From positions 29,375-93,374 of the forward strand of contig DATCTK010000089.1 of the NCBI GenBank assembly GCA_036567985.1: a DNA stretch of 64,000 nt, written 5' to 3'. Shown here piece by piece: positions 1-9,780 of this stretch (within the stretch, counting starts at the first letter, position 1; every line of letters begins with the position of its first letter). Below the pieces are notes generated by a model, which worked only from the letters and a program-made list of their open reading frames with translations, had not been told where the DNA came from and did no database searches. Position numbers and translations under genes: made by a program. This DNA comes from Gammaproteobacteria bacterium (GTDB lineage: Bacteria > Pseudomonadota > Gammaproteobacteria > SZUA-229).

Positions 1-237
1 TGCCACCCGGCCTCTGTATACCTGATTTCATGCGTGCGACGATATTCTGTTCGCTATCTGTAAACAGGGTTTCACTATCTGCCATGTCGAGCACACCGGG
101 CATATTTCCCGTTCCATCATCGCCATGACATACAATGCATGTGCTCAAGTAAATTTGTTCCGCGTCTTTTGCCAATGCAACCGGCAATCCTGACAGCGCT
201 GCCAGATAGACAGCTATAAAAGTTGCAAGCACCTTCA
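1..237 (-). CDS. c-type cytochrome, partial; the C-terminus lies beyond the window start
   Basis: Reverse-strand translation from ATG at 235-237 gives MKVLATFIAVYLAALSGLPVALA... with a CIVCH (CxxCH) haem-binding motif and a signal-peptide-like N-terminus. An AAGAGG RBS lies upstream. There is no stop inside the window. Confidence 0.6.
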
Positions 238-269
238 TTTACGACAACCTCTTTTCCGGTCTTCACACA

Positions 270-500
270 CTATTTTTCCAGTTCTTTGGCGCGGCGATTA
301 AATTCGTCTTCGTCAATTTCACCGCGTGCATAGCGTTTCTTCAGTATCGACATCGGACTTTCATCTATACTGGACGATACTGAATCATTGCTATTACTCG
401 CCACAAATTTTATAGCCAGCACAATTACCACAATGACTAAAATCCAGAATAGCCACATAAATCCACCTCCAAACCACATTGCTCCATCATGACTAAACAT
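270..500 (-). CDS. SHOCT-domain small membrane protein
   Basis: 76 aa. N-terminal hydrophobic helix, then a C-terminal KKRYARGEIDEDEFNRRAKEL motif typical of the SHOCT domain. It lies directly downstream of copA. Confidence 0.6.
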   Translation of the reverse strand: MFSHDGAMWFGGGFMWLFWILVIVVIVLAIKFVASNSNDSVSSSIDESPMSILKKRYARGEIDEDEFNRRAKELEK

Positions 501-516
501 AACAACTTACCTCCTC

Positions 517-2958
517 TTAAAGACGTATCCGCCGCAGGCGCAACGCATTGCTAATAACGGATACTGAACTGAAACTCATCGCCGCGGCTGCAATAATCGG
601 CGACAGCAGCAGACCAAAAAACGGGTACAACACACCGGCCGCAATTGGCACACCGGCAGAATTGTAAGCAAAGGCAAAGAACAGGTTCTGGCGTATATTA
701 CGCATAGTGGCGCGGCTCAGCTGACGTGCCCGCACAATGCCACGTAGATCGCCTTTCACCAGAGTGATACCAGCACTTTCCATTGCCACATCGGCGCCGG
801 TACCCATGGCAATACCTACCTGTGCCTGAGCCAGTGCCGGAGCATCATTAATACCGTCACCGGCCATGGCGACGGTTTTACCGGCCGCCTGCAACTGTTT
901 GACAATGGTGGCTTTCTGATCCGGCAACACCTCGGCTTCGACGCGATCAATATGTAACTGACGGGCAACTGCTTCGGCCGTGATCTGGTTATCACCGGTC
1001 AACATGATCACCTCGATGCCCTCCTCATGCAGGTCTGCAATGGCAGAGGCGGTACTCTGTTTAATCGGATCGGCGACACCGATAAGACCCGCAGCCTCGC
1101 CGTCAGCGGCCAGCAACATCACCGTCTGCCCTTCTGCTCGTAAACTGTCCGCCTGCGCTGACAGCGAGTCGCTGTCCACACCCAGTGACTGCATTAATGC
1201 AATATTGCCCAGTGCCAGTGCATGACCATCCACCTTGCCTGTTACACCCATGCCGGTTTTTGCTTCGAAGTTGTCCACCGATGATAATGCCAGCTCACGC
1301 TGCTTCGCCCCTTGCACAATGGCATCAGCCAGCGGATGCTCGCTGCCGCGTTCAAGACTGGCGGCTAAACGCAGTACCGTGTTTTCATCCTCACCATTAA
1401 CTACGAGCACCTGCATTAATTGAGGCCGACCTTCGGTAAGGGTGCCGGTTTTATCCACCACCAGCGTATCTACTTTCTCCATCACTTCCAGGGCTTCTGC
1501 ATTTTTGATCAGCACACCTACCGTGGCGCCACGGCCGGTGCCCACCATAATGGACAAGGGCGTAGCAAGACCCAGTGCGCAGGGACAGGCGATGATCAAC
1601 ACGGCCACGGCATTCACCAGGGCATAGGCTAGCCGGGGTTCCGGCCCCCATAAAAACCAGACGACAAAAGCAAGGAAGGCAATGATCACCACCACCGGCA
1701 CAAAGTAACTTGATACCGTATCGGCGAGTTGCTGAATTGGTGCCCGCGACCGCTGTGCTTCCGCGACCATATTAACAATCTGCGACAGCAGCGTATCAGC
1801 CCCCACTTTTTCTGCCTGCATCAACAGGCTGCCGTTGCCATTGACCGTGGCACCAATCAGAGTCTCATTTTTATACTTTACTACCGGCACCGGCTCACCC
1901 GTAACCATGGATTCGTCTACATTGCTTTCGCCTTCAACAACACGGCCGTCAACCGGAATTTTTTCTCCCGGACGAATACGCAGAATATCGCCCACCTGAA
2001 CCTGGTCCAGCGGAATGTCTTCTTCCTCACCATTTTGTCGGTGTATGCGCGCCGTATTGGGTGCCAGCCCCAGCAACATCTTAATCGCCGTATTGGTACG
2101 ACTGCGGGCACGCAGCTCCAGTACCTGTCCCAGCAATACCAACGTGGTAATTACTGCCGCCGCTTCAAAGTACACTGGCACGGTGCCATCATCATGTCGC
2201 ATGATGAGCGGAAATATCTGCGGCAGCAGCAGTGCCACCATGCTGAAACTCCAGGCCACGAATACACCAAGACCGATCAGGGTAAACATGTTCAGGTTCC
2301 AGGTTTTGACCGACTGTACTGCACGCACGAAAAACGGCCAACCGCCCCACCACACAACCGGTGTTGCCAGTACACATTCGATCCATTGGACGGATTTCAT
2401 TGACAGTCCATCAGGTAGCAAGCCGGGAGCAAGATCCGCGATCATCGCCAGAATAAATACCGGTAATGCCAGTACAGTGCTAACCCAGAAACGCCGGCTC
2501 ATATCCACTAGTTCCGGGTTCTCATCTTCCAGTGTTATTGTTCTTGGCTCGAGCGCCATGCCGCATTTAGGACAGCTACCTGGATGATCCTGAACAATTT
2601 CAGGATGCATGGGACAGGTATATTCGGTTTTTGTTTTAAGTGCAGATCCGTCTTTAGGCTCCAGTGCCATACCACACTTCGGGCAGCTGCCTGGATGATC
2701 CTGGATGATTTCAGGATGCATGGGGCAGGTGTATTCCAGGTACTCGATAGAACAACTGCCATCATCGCATGCTTCAACGTGCTGGGCCTGCAGCGACTCA
2801 CCTGTGTATGCCTGAGGATGTTGCACAAATTTGTGCTTGCAGTGCTGGCTACAGAAGTACCACATCTCACCCTGGTAATTGGCATGGAATTCTGAATCCA
2901 GTGTTACCGACATGCCGCACACCGGATCTTTCAGTTCGGTTTTATTTTCCACATTCAT
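517..2958 (-). CDS. copA: copper-translocating P1B-type ATPase with an N-terminal YHS domain and two tandem CPMHP...CPKCGM heavy-metal-binding repeats
   Basis: 813 aa. Contains a YHS-like CGMSV...FCSQHC motif, two ~39-aa repeats of YTCPMHPEI(I/V)[16 protein letters not shown], a TGE motif, the CPC transmembrane motif, DKTGTLT and GDGINDAP. Confidence 0.93.
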   Translation of the reverse strand: MNVENKTELKDPVCGMSVTLDSEFHANYQGEMWYFCSQHCKHKFVQHPQAYTGESLQAQHVEACDDGSCSIEYLEYTCPMHPEIIQDHPGSCPKCGMALEPKDGSALKTKTEYTCPMHPEIVQDHPGSCPKCGMALEPRTITLEDENPELVDMSRRFWVSTVLALPVFILAMIADLAPGLLPDGLSMKSVQWIECVLATPVVWWGGWPFFVRAVQSVKTWNLNMFTLIGLGVFVAWSFSMVALLLPQIFPLIMRHDDGTVPVYFEAAAVITTLVLLGQVLELRARSRTNTAIKMLLGLAPNTARIHRQNGEEEDIPLDQVQVGDILRIRPGEKIPVDGRVVEGESNVDESMVTGEPVPVVKYKNETLIGATVNGNGSLLMQAEKVGADTLLSQIVNMVAEAQRSRAPIQQLADTVSSYFVPVVVIIAFLAFVVWFLWGPEPRLAYALVNAVAVLIIACPCALGLATPLSIMVGTGRGATVGVLIKNAEALEVMEKVDTLVVDKTGTLTEGRPQLMQVLVVNGEDENTVLRLAASLERGSEHPLADAIVQGAKQRELALSSVDNFEAKTGMGVTGKVDGHALALGNIALMQSLGVDSDSLSAQADSLRAEGQTVMLLAADGEAAGLIGVADPIKQSTASAIADLHEEGIEVIMLTGDNQITAEAVARQLHIDRVEAEVLPDQKATIVKQLQAAGKTVAMAGDGINDAPALAQAQVGIAMGTGADVAMESAGITLVKGDLRGIVRARQLSRATMRNIRQNLFFAFAYNSAGVPIAAGVLYPFFGLLLSPIIAAAAMSFSSVSVISNALRLRRIRL
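2545..2745. repeat. ~115-bp tandem duplication, two units, inside copA; it encodes the duplicated metal-binding module
   Basis: Two near-identical DNA units of the form ggctc(g/c)ag(c/t)gccat(g/a)cc(g/a)ca...cctggatgatcctg(a/g)a(c/t)(a/g)atttcaggatgcatggg(a/g)cagg... are directly visible. Confidence 0.8.
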
Positions 2959-3108
2959 GATATCTGGTCTCCTGCTTACCGGGATGACGTTCGTATGGCT
3001 GCTGCTACGGTTAAACGATTATCATCTTTAAATGACCATTGGTGATTGGATACTATTCAATAATTACCGTTTAAAAGCCCATTGTGATAAACACCATGCT
3101 CAAGGCAT

Positions 3109-3339
3109 CTACTTATTGATTTTCAATAGCCGTTTCAGCTCAACTTCATCTGGCTGTCCCCTGCACACCACTTCGTTATCCACCATCAGATTGGGCGAGT
3201 GACGAATATGGTAGCGCGACACAGTCTCCGGATGGTCCTCTGCGAACAAAACTTCATAGGCGACACCCAGATCCTTCAGTTCCTTTTCCATACTGGATCG
3301 ATGGCTACAATTTCGAGTTGCGATAATTTTAACGTTCAT
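3109..3339 (-). CDS. small glutaredoxin/thioredoxin-fold-like protein with a CxxS motif
   Basis: 76 aa, N-terminal KIIATRNCSHRS. The size and pattern resemble glutaredoxin-like proteins. No close family was recognised. Confidence 0.35.
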   Translation of the reverse strand: MNVKIIATRNCSHRSSMEKELKDLGVAYEVLFAEDHPETVSRYHIRHSPNLMVDNEVVCRGQPDEVELKRLLKINK

Positions 3340-3379
3340 AATTATTCCTCACATAAGATGTACAAATAGAAAAGTGGCA

Positions 3380-3820
3380 TCACTGATCAATCACAGGTTT
3401 GCTTTGCAGCTGTAATGCCGACATGTTCGATGACGCTCCCTGGTAAAGCACATCGATGACACGTCCGTCGTCGTCGAACACCAGAGTGTAAGTCCGCTCG
3501 AAATCCGCTAGCGGGCTCTCTATCACTGTTTTCTTTTCACCGCTGGGCGTCACATAGGTTTTAAGTGTGCGATGTTTACTCATGCCGTAGACCCAGCCTT
3601 CGCGACCGTTGGCCAGGCGAACTTCTTTATCTGCCTTGCCGTGATGACTCATCACCGCAAGTTTTTTGAGACTGCCTAGCGGATAGGTTTTTAGCACCTG
3701 TTCGGGGCTGGCTTCATAGGTAAACCGCATGGGCATTTTCATACCATCGGCCATTAGCGACAGTGAGCACAGCATGGTGAGCATGCCGGACAGAAATAAA
3801 ACACCTGTTTTGTTAAACAT
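3380..3820 (-). CDS. hypothetical periplasmic protein (signal peptide)
   Basis: 146 aa with an N-terminal hydrophobic signal-like segment. No recognisable catalytic motif. Confidence 0.4.
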   Translation of the reverse strand: MFNKTGVLFLSGMLTMLCSLSLMADGMKMPMRFTYEASPEQVLKTYPLGSLKKLAVMSHHGKADKEVRLANGREGWVYGMSKHRTLKTYVTPSGEKKTVIESPLADFERTYTLVFDDDGRVIDVLYQGASSNMSALQLQSKPVIDQ

Positions 3821-3888
3821 GATTACATATCCTCATTAGATATTAATAACCGAGAAGACCGGGTCGTGAAGACCCGGACACCAGTGGT

Positions 3889-4371
3889 TTACTTCTTTTC
3901 AAGCTGTTCCATATGCTTGAGCATCTGCTGCATCATGTCCTGCATCATGCCCATGCGCTTTTCCATCATGGCACTGCGATCCGACATGCCACCCATCATC
4001 ATTCCGCCCTGTCCTTTGCCCATGCCCATTCCGTGGCTATCACCCTTGCCATCACTCTGGATCTTGGACATCGTGCCTTTATTATCCATCATCATGCCCT
4101 TGCCATCGGGATTCGGCATCATGCCACGCATTTTTTCCATCATACCCATCATGTCTTTCATGCTTTGCATATGATTATTCATATACTGTTTTTTCTTGCT
4201 GCTGTTATTCTCCTTTTGCATTTTCATTGCCATATCTTCGGCTTTTTCCATCTGCATATTGAACTTGTCGCCCATCATTTTCATATCACCCATATTCTGT
4301 TGAGCATAGACGCTGGTTATGGATGCAGTAGCCAGAAGCAGTGTGGTTACTAATATATATTTTTTCATCAT
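3889..4371 (-). CDS. methionine-rich periplasmic protein, a candidate Cu(I)-binding protein
   Basis: 160 aa. Signal peptide, then many MxxM / MMG / MGMGKGQGGMMMGG motifs. RBS GGAGAC lies upstream. It sits in the copper island. Confidence 0.6.
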   Translation of the reverse strand: MMKKYILVTTLLLATASITSVYAQQNMGDMKMMGDKFNMQMEKAEDMAMKMQKENNSSKKKQYMNNHMQSMKDMMGMMEKMRGMMPNPDGKGMMMDNKGTMSKIQSDGKGDSHGMGMGKGQGGMMMGGMSDRSAMMEKRMGMMQDMMQQMLKHMEQLEKK

Positions 4372-4560
4372 TAAGTCTCCTGTGAAATGTTGATTTAAAA
4401 CTCATGTGGCTCTAAACAATTCATCCATAAATTCTCAGAGCAGGAACAGAAACAGGATAAATTTCTATTTACCCTGTTATTTATTTTCAATGAATCATGC
4501 ATCATCGAAAATAGCGTCACATCTATGTGTCACAACATGCCTTATGTAATCAGTAATTCC

Positions 4561-4833
4561 TTAATTACTGTTTTGTAAAAACGTCAGAATATCCCGTGTC
4601 TCCTGCCCGGTGAGGCCACCGCGCACACGCATATGAAACACAGTAGTGATCCATTGATCGTCACGTAATTCATTTGAATCACGTAAATTATGACAACGCA
4701 TACAGTTATCAGACCAGGCTTTGGCGCCTCGCGCCATATCACCCTGCTCGGGAAAGTCCCCTCCCATCGCAGTCGTGCTGATTAACAAAAAGCCAATGGT
4801 TGCTGTATATATTTCTGGAAATATTTTTTTCAT
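4561..4833 (-). CDS. small c-type cytochrome
   Basis: 90 aa with a signal peptide and a CMRCH haem-binding motif. Confidence 0.6.
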   Translation of the reverse strand: MKKIFPEIYTATIGFLLISTTAMGGDFPEQGDMARGAKAWSDNCMRCHNLRDSNELRDDQWITTVFHMRVRGGLTGQETRDILTFLQNSN

Positions 4834-4844
4834 AGCAATTACTC

Positions 4845-6020
4845 CTAAAATCCGTAGCTAAGTTGTACTAGCCAGCGGTCATCACTTTCCAGGCCAGAGT
4901 TGGGGTTATCATTACTTTCGTAAGCCAGCTTGCCTATAAAATTATTGGTAAACAGCCGATTCAGGCCCAGTGTCAAATGCTCCTGATCCGCACTGGCATG
5001 AGGCGAATCAAATTCACCAGTACGTATCACGGCCTCGTAGTCATCATTGAAAAATTTGTAGGCCAGCTGAAGATACCAGGTCGACCATTCAGCGGCATCC
5101 GATGCATTACTGGTTGCTGCTTCAGCAACCTCGGTTTTTACATATTCACCGCGAACGTCCAACATCGTATTTCGCCAGGAAAAATCCATCCCATTAACAT
5201 CATAATCACGGGTTGGCTCATTGCTTAATGACGGACCCTCTACACCTTCGTACTCAGTTACTCTGGCCTGGCCGGTTAAGAGTGATACACCGATTTCAAG
5301 TGTCGAAATCGGCAGTACCGAAAAGCGTCCGCCGACGACTTTTTCACCGTCCCTGTCACGTCCAAATGCTTCAGCCTCTACACCGTCCAGCTCTACTTCA
5401 CCGTCTTCGACCTCGGCTTTCAACTCAGGACCGTTACCCATGTAGATCGCATAAGTGGCTTTCATGCTACCCAGATAAAAACCACCACGGGCTTGCACAC
5501 CCAGGTCAGATACCGGCGCTGCACCGTCATGACCAAACCCAGCTGGTGCTGATGGCAATTTGTTTATCCAGCACGGATGCAAGTTTTGTCTAAACTGACC
5601 TATTGGGCTTAAAAACTTACCAGCCACCAGCACCAGATAGTCATTTACAAACCAGTCAAGGGTCAGATATTCCAGTGCCGTTTCTGTCTCACCGTCTTCA
5701 CTCGTTGTCAGCTCAAGCTCCGATTCCAGCATCACCAAATCACGGTACTGATAATGAAAAATTGGCGCGAATGTACCCACATTAAAACTGCCATCATCTC
5801 CGCTGGCATCACTATTCACATAGCCCACATCAGCGTAGCCAGCCATGTGAATCAGTGTATTTGGATCACGCCATTCATTTGCTGCAGCCATTTCTGTTTT
5901 GAGTCGTTCAACGTCCTGTTTCAACTGCTCCAGCTCACTTGCTGCAAATCCTGTCGAATTCACGGACATAAGTGACAGCGAACACATTGTCGCCAGATAT
6001 AGTTTTTTTGATTTTTTCAT
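4845..6020 (-). CDS. outer-membrane beta-barrel, porin-like protein
   Basis: 391 aa. Signal peptide, alternating amphipathic segments and a C-terminal ...LSYGF aromatic terminus typical of OMPs. Confidence 0.55.
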   Translation of the reverse strand: MKKSKKLYLATMCSLSLMSVNSTGFAASELEQLKQDVERLKTEMAAANEWRDPNTLIHMAGYADVGYVNSDASGDDGSFNVGTFAPIFHYQYRDLVMLESELELTTSEDGETETALEYLTLDWFVNDYLVLVAGKFLSPIGQFRQNLHPCWINKLPSAPAGFGHDGAAPVSDLGVQARGGFYLGSMKATYAIYMGNGPELKAEVEDGEVELDGVEAEAFGRDRDGEKVVGGRFSVLPISTLEIGVSLLTGQARVTEYEGVEGPSLSNEPTRDYDVNGMDFSWRNTMLDVRGEYVKTEVAEAATSNASDAAEWSTWYLQLAYKFFNDDYEAVIRTGEFDSPHASADQEHLTLGLNRLFTNNFIGKLAYESNDNPNSGLESDDRWLVQLSYGF

Positions 6021-6273
6021 GAGTTATTCCTCATATTTACATTTGGTAATATTTGTAACGCTAGTGAACCGCCGCGCACTACTAAATCCGGTACGCAGGA
6101 GATAGGAGGTCGCAGGATAGAAACTGGAGTCGGTGAATCATGACGCTGATGCACGAACGGAATACTGAAAGAAATCATATTACCTGAGAAGTCAAAAACG
6201 TTAACAGGTGGAACAAGCATACTATGCAGCATGTCGCAGGATTCGCTGCTGCTATCACAACAGCACTGTTTAT

Positions 6274-6525
6274 CTATACATGATGCGCACTGCTCAGCAC
6301 TACCTGAGCGTATCGATAACGCTCCATCATGATGAGCAGTTTTTTTATTATGTGTGCGTGCTTTTCACTTATGCTGTCGACGAGGACGACTTCCGGCTCA
6401 CCGCATTGTTGTTCCTGACTGGCATACATCGTCTCCATTGGCGCTAATATTAAAACCAGCGTCACTGCAGTCGATACAATTTTTTGTGCCTGTCTATTCA
6501 ATTTATTATCCATGTTGTAACGCAA
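6274..6525 (-). CDS. hypothetical small protein; doubtful, no clear RBS
   Basis: ORF only. Between the porin gene and cusA. The ORF-track start uses TTG; an internal ATG (MDNK...) has no Shine-Dalgarno sequence. Confidence 0.15.
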   Translation of the reverse strand: MRYNMDNKLNRQAQKIVSTAVTLVLILAPMETMYASQEQQCGEPEVVLVDSISEKHAHIIKKLLIMMERYRYAQVVLSSAHHV

Positions 6526-6657
6526 TTACATACAAATAAAACGGGGCAACTTATATGTCGATCGTCCTCAACCTATACAATAGTTGAGCAACCCAACATT
6601 AACTCCATGGTTTATATCAGCAGTTATGAACCTGGTTACCAGTACGCATTGTTCACA

Positions 6658-9600
6658 TCACGCTTTTAGTGAACGTGTACGCCACAGAAAATACACCGCT
6701 GGCAACACCAGCAACGTCAGAATCACTGCGCTCAACATTCCACCCACCATCGGCGCCGCGATGCGGCTCATCACCTCAGACCCGGTACCGCTGCCGAACA
6801 TAATCGGTAGCAAACCAGCAATAATGGCACTGGCGGTCATCATCACTGGACGTACGCGCATACCCGCACCGTGCAGCACTGCATGGCGTAACGTTTCCAG
6901 CTTCGGCGCAACACCTTTCGTTTCGTATTCGGATTGCATCTGAGCATAAGCCTGGTTGAGATAAACCAGCATGATCACGCCGATCTCTACCGCCACACCG
7001 GCCAGCGCGATAAAGCCCACGCCCACCGCCACCGAGAAGTTGTAGCCAAGCAGGTACATCAGCCAGATGGCACCGATCATTGCCAGTGGCAAGGTGCCCA
7101 TGATGATGGCGACTTCAGCAAACCGGCGAAAGTTCATGTAGAGCAGCACAATAATGATGACCAGTGTCAGTGGCACCACATAGGTGAGCTTTTCTTTAGC
7201 TCGCAACATGTATTCGTACTGACCGGACCAGGTCACGGAATAGCCTGTTGGGAGTTCCAGTTGCTGTTTGACTGTTATCATGGCCTGCTCGACATAACTG
7301 CCCACATCTACGCCGTCAATATCAACAAAGGTCCAGCCGTTCAGTCGGGCGTTCTCACTCTTGATGGCCGGTGGACCGCCATCCACATAAACATTTGCCA
7401 CGTCGTCGAGCGCAATACGCTGCCCTTTTGGCGTAACGATGGGCAACAATGCCAGCTGTTCCGGAGAGTCACGGTAATCCTGTGGGTAACGCAGATTGAT
7501 TGGATAACGCTCAAGCCCCTCAATGGTCTGCGATACGTTCATACCGCCAATAGCCGTGGCCACCACCTGCTGCACATCGGCGATATTAAGGCCATAACGC
7601 GCCGCCTGTTCACGCTGTACATCCACCTTAATGTAGCGCCCACCGGCTACCCGTTCAGAATAAACCGAGGCCGTGCCGGGTACATCCTTAAGAATCTGTT
7701 CCAGTCGCTGACCAATTTTCTGAATTTCTTGCAGATCCTCACCCGCCACCTTGATACCCACCGGGGTCTTGATACCGGTAGCCAGCATGTCGATACGGGT
7801 TTTAATCGGCATCACCCATGCATTGGTCAGGCCGGGAAATTTCACCAGTGCATCCAGTTCCTTTTTAAGCTTGTCGGTGGTCATGCCATCGCGCCACTGG
7901 TCCTGTGGCTTAAGTTGAATAAACGTCTCTATCATGGTCAGTGGTGCCGGGTCGGTGGCTGTTTCGGCGCGACCAATCTTGCCGAACACGGTTTTTACTT
8001 CTGGCACCGTAGCAATCAGTTTGTCAGTCTGTTGCAGAAGCTCACGCGCCTTACCAATGGACAGACCCGGGTAGGTGGTGGGCATGTACATCAGGTCGCC
8101 TTCATCCAGACTGGGGATAAACTCACTACCGATCTTGTCCACCGGCCAGAAGCCTGCCAGTGTCAGCACCAATGCAACGACCAGGGCCATTTTAGGAAAG
8201 CGCAACACTGTTTTCAGTGCAGGCATGTAGAGCCCAATCAACAGACGATTGACAGGGTTTTTGTGTTCTGGCAGCACCTTGCCGCGAATGAAATAGCCCA
8301 TCAACACCGGCACCAGCGTCACCGCCAGTGCCGCACTTGCTGCCATGGCATAGGTTTTGGTAAACGCGAGCGGACTGAACATCCGACCTTCCTGCGCTTC
8401 CAGCGTGAACACCGGCACGAAGCTGACGGTGATAATCAGCAAACTGAAGAACAGCGCCGGCCCGACTTCCGCCGCCGATTCGGCGACAATCCTCCAGCGG
8501 TTTTCCGCCGTCAATGGCGTACGCTCCATGTGCTTGTGCATGTTCTCGATCATCACGATGGCACCATCGATCATCGCGCCGATGGCAATCGCAATACCAC
8601 CCAGTGACATGATATTGGCATTCAGGCCCTGCCAGTGCATCACAATAAAGGCAGTCAGAATACCCACCGGCAGACTGATAATCGCCACCAGTGACGAACG
8701 TATGTGAAACAGAAACACCATGCATACCAGCGCCACCACTGCGAACTCTTCCAGCAACTTGTGCCACAGGTTTTCCACCGCACGCTCGATCAATCCAGAT
8801 CGATCATAGACGGTGACGATTTCCACGCCCTCAGGTAAACCTGCCTTGAGTTTTTCCAGTTTGTTCTTAACACCATCAATGGTTCTCTGCGCATTCTCAC
8901 CAAAGCGCATCACCACGATACCGCCAACGGTTTCACCTTCACCATTAAGTTCGGCAATACCGCGACGCATCTGCGGCCCCAGTTCAATCTCTGCCAGATC
9001 CTTGAGCAACAAGGGAATACCATTGTCATTCACACCCAGGGGAATGTTGGCCAGGTCGTCAATGCCCTGAATATAACCACTGACCCGTACCATGTACTCG
9101 GCTTCCGCCATTTCCACTACCGAAGCACCCATTTCCTGGTTACCGCGCTGGATCGCCATCTGAATATGCGAGAGAGGAACACCGAACGCACGCAGTTTTT
9201 CCGGGTTCACTTTCACCTGATACTGCTTGACCATGCCGCCGAGCGCCGAGACTTCGGAAACCCCGGGTACTGTCTGCAGCTCGTATTTCAGGAACCAGTC
9301 CTGCAGACTGCGCAGCTGGCTGATGTCATGCTTGCCGGTACGGTCCACCAGTGCGTAGAGATAGACCCAACCCACACCCGTGGCATCCGGCCCCAGTTGT
9401 GGCCGGGCACTGGGCGGCAACGTGGGGGCCACCTGTGACAGGTATTCCAGCACCCGCGAACGCGCCCAGTAGGTGTCGGTATTCTCATCGAATATGACGT
9501 ACACATAGGAATCCCCGAAGAAGGAGTAGCCGCGCACGGTAACCGCACCCGGCACCGACAACATGGCAGTAGTCAGTGGATAGGTAACCTGATCTTCCAC

Positions 9601-9780
9601 CACCTGTGGCGCCTGTCCCGGATAGCTGGTTTTAATAATCACCTGTACATCGGACAGGTCGGGAAGCGCATCCACCGGCGTATTTTTCAGGGAATAAAGA
9701 CCAACGCCCACCAGCAGCAGGGTGGCCAGCAGCACGAAAAAGCGGTTAGCGATGGACCAGCGGATCAACGACTCAATCAT
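6658..9780 (-). CDS. cusA: CusA/CzcA-family heavy-metal efflux RND permease
   Basis: About 1040 aa from the likely start MIESLIRWSIANRFF (ATG at 9778-9780), which overlaps the cusB stop by 8 nt. 12-TM RND architecture and typical HME-RND conserved blocks. Confidence 0.92.
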   Translation of the reverse strand: MIESLIRWSIANRFFVLLATLLLVGVGLYSLKNTPVDALPDLSDVQVIIKTSYPGQAPQVVEDQVTYPLTTAMLSVPGAVTVRGYSFFGDSYVYVIFDENTDTYWARSRVLEYLSQVAPTLPPSARPQLGPDATGVGWVYLYALVDRTGKHDISQLRSLQDWFLKYELQTVPGVSEVSALGGMVKQYQVKVNPEKLRAFGVPLSHIQMAIQRGNQEMGASVVEMAEAEYMVRVSGYIQGIDDLANIPLGVNDNGIPLLLKDLAEIELGPQMRRGIAELNGEGETVGGIVVMRFGENAQRTIDGVKNKLEKLKAGLPEGVEIVTVYDRSGLIERAVENLWHKLLEEFAVVALVCMVFLFHIRSSLVAIISLPVGILTAFIVMHWQGLNANIMSLGGIAIAIGAMIDGAIVMIENMHKHMERTPLTAENRWRIVAESAAEVGPALFFSLLIITVSFVPVFTLEAQEGRMFSPLAFTKTYAMAASAALAVTLVPVLMGYFIRGKVLPEHKNPVNRLLIGLYMPALKTVLRFPKMALVVALVLTLAGFWPVDKIGSEFIPSLDEGDLMYMPTTYPGLSIGKARELLQQTDKLIATVPEVKTVFGKIGRAETATDPAPLTMIETFIQLKPQDQWRDGMTTDKLKKELDALVKFPGLTNAWVMPIKTRIDMLATGIKTPVGIKVAGEDLQEIQKIGQRLEQILKDVPGTASVYSERVAGGRYIKVDVQREQAARYGLNIADVQQVVATAIGGMNVSQTIEGLERYPINLRYPQDYRDSPEQLALLPIVTPKGQRIALDDVANVYVDGGPPAIKSENARLNGWTFVDIDGVDVGSYVEQAMITVKQQLELPTGYSVTWSGQYEYMLRAKEKLTYVVPLTLVIIIVLLYMNFRRFAEVAIIMGTLPLAMIGAIWLMYLLGYNFSVAVGVGFIALAGVAVEIGVIMLVYLNQAYAQMQSEYETKGVAPKLETLRHAVLHGAGMRVRPVMMTASAIIAGLLPIMFGSGTGSEVMSRIAAPMVGGMLSAVILTLLVLPAVYFLWRTRSLKA

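Noticed and set aside
3913-4353. 146-aa poly-His ORF (MLEHLLHHVLHHAH...) on the + strand
   Set aside because: It is exactly antisense to the Met-rich protein gene, since the reverse complement of ATG is CAT (His). The minus-strand gene has a signal peptide and an RBS; this ORF does not.
6934-8607. 557-aa His-rich ORF on the + strand, and the many other 60-200-aa ORFs nested in the cusA (6658-9780) and copA (517-2958) regions
   Set aside because: They are antisense to long, well-supported RND-permease and P-type-ATPase genes. The His-rich, low-complexity composition is the mirror image of the Met/Leu-rich membrane protein codons. There is no RBS and no independent support.
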